A stretch of 64,000 nucleotides of DNA from Magallana gigas (taxonomy: Eukaryota): the NCBI RefSeq assembly GCF_963853765.1, contig NC_088856.1:53878001-53942000 (forward strand), given 5' to 3'. Below, piece by piece: positions 63,078 to 64,000 of this stretch. The notes below the pieces were generated by a model. It made no database searches, was not told the DNA's origin, and saw only the letters and a program-made list of their open reading frames with translations. How positions within the stretch are numbered: the stretch's first letter is position 1; every line of letters starts with the position of its first letter. Position numbers and translations under genes: made by a program.

Positions 63078-63409
63078 GGTGACTCGCTACACCTTGAAAT
63101 ATTTTATCAAATCGGCAGAAATTTACTTGATTATGATAGATATTATAATGGATAAGATTTTAGTCAAATAGGCAAAAAAATGTGCAATTTTTTATGAAAA
63201 ATTACATTTCGAAAATTCAATTCAGTAAACATGAACAAAAGCTTCAAGCGGATTCGTACTCCTGATCCGCAGAAGCCCAATACTATAACCACTGATCTAC
63301 GACGATATACAACCGCATCAAACGATATAAACAGTTTAACAAAACATTTAAATCGCCATCTTGTGACGTAGTGTCTTAAAAAGTATATGTCTGGGTGTAG
63401 TGAGGTACC
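63078..63409. mobile_element. Kolobok-type MITE, 332 bp, with a degenerate tRNA-like cassette
   Basis: ttaa|ggtgactcgctacacc ... ggtgtagtgaggtacc|ttaa. Confidence 0.7.
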
Positions 63410-63589
63410 TTAAAAGACGACACTTATTGATTTTTAGGTCAAAACTTTAAATGTCAAGGCAAGCAATGTTATAAATTTCACAAACCTGTTGTCATGTTGT
63501 AAATTTTGAATTTACCGGGTGGCAGTAAATACAAAATTTACAACATGACACTGTTACCATTTTCAAGATAACGCAATGCGTTAACTTAA

Positions 63590-64000
63590 AGGGTCATGGT
63601 CACGATTTTGGCCAAATTCTAATTTTCTGATTTTATTATTTACAATGCTTTAAAAATGCATTTTTAATGATAAAAATAAAATTTGAGAGTAATTTATGGA
63701 GTTATAAGAGAGATACAGAGCTCACAATTCTTTGTCATGTAAACAAGCCTCGTGTCGATCCTGTTTTTGTTTACAAAATTTCAATATGCTAGTTAAAAAT
63801 ATTTTAAGCTGAATTGTCTATCTTTTTATTCATTTTAATCATAGATAATCAGTTCCTTATGTTTAACACATTCATTTTTGGTTTAAAACTGGAATTTTCA
63901 CTTCAGCATTCAAAATGTAAACAAACTCTTTGTTTACATAGCAAAGAATTTTAAGCTCTGTAACTCGCTTATATAACTCAATGAATGACACTCAAATTTT
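63590..64000. mobile_element. Kolobok-type MITE related to 59995-60521, running off the window
   Basis: ttaa|agggtcatggtcacgatttt; shares internal tacagag...aattctttgt..tgtaaacaa with the 60 kb copy. Confidence 0.65.

Overview
Eukaryotic, AT-rich, intron-containing animal DNA. The repeat landscape (TTAA-flanked MITEs, satellite-carrying Helentron-like elements, (CT)n tracts) suggests a bivalve, most likely an oyster; this is an inference. I assembled nine genes by hand from GT-AG sites with consistent phases. (1) Six tandem three-exon stefin-type (type 1 cystatin) genes on the + strand (1954-29644), all carrying an N-terminal signal peptide that canonical stefins lack. Copy 1 has an in-frame TAG, copy 2 has lost its stop codon and reads into former 3'UTR, and copies 3-5 lie in a 4.4-6.5 kb segmental triplication with mappable breakpoints. 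(2) An unrecognised 249-aa coiled-coil gene (- strand, 31002-32168). (3) An 11-exon, 743-aa NCKIPSD/SPIN90/WISH orthologue (- strand, 38207-47943) with a His/Ser repeat and three separate duplicated, non-productive splice sites. (4) An Elk/TCF ETS factor (- strand, 51683-54330) with a predicted 63-aa N-terminal extension. The rest is non-autonomous DNA transposons, long palindromes, tandem repeats, two N-gaps and an apparently orphan Pol II promoter near 58.9 kb. The best candidate for an undescribed system is the diversifying array of secreted, disulfide-free stefins. No database searches could be run, so novelty statements are provisional.
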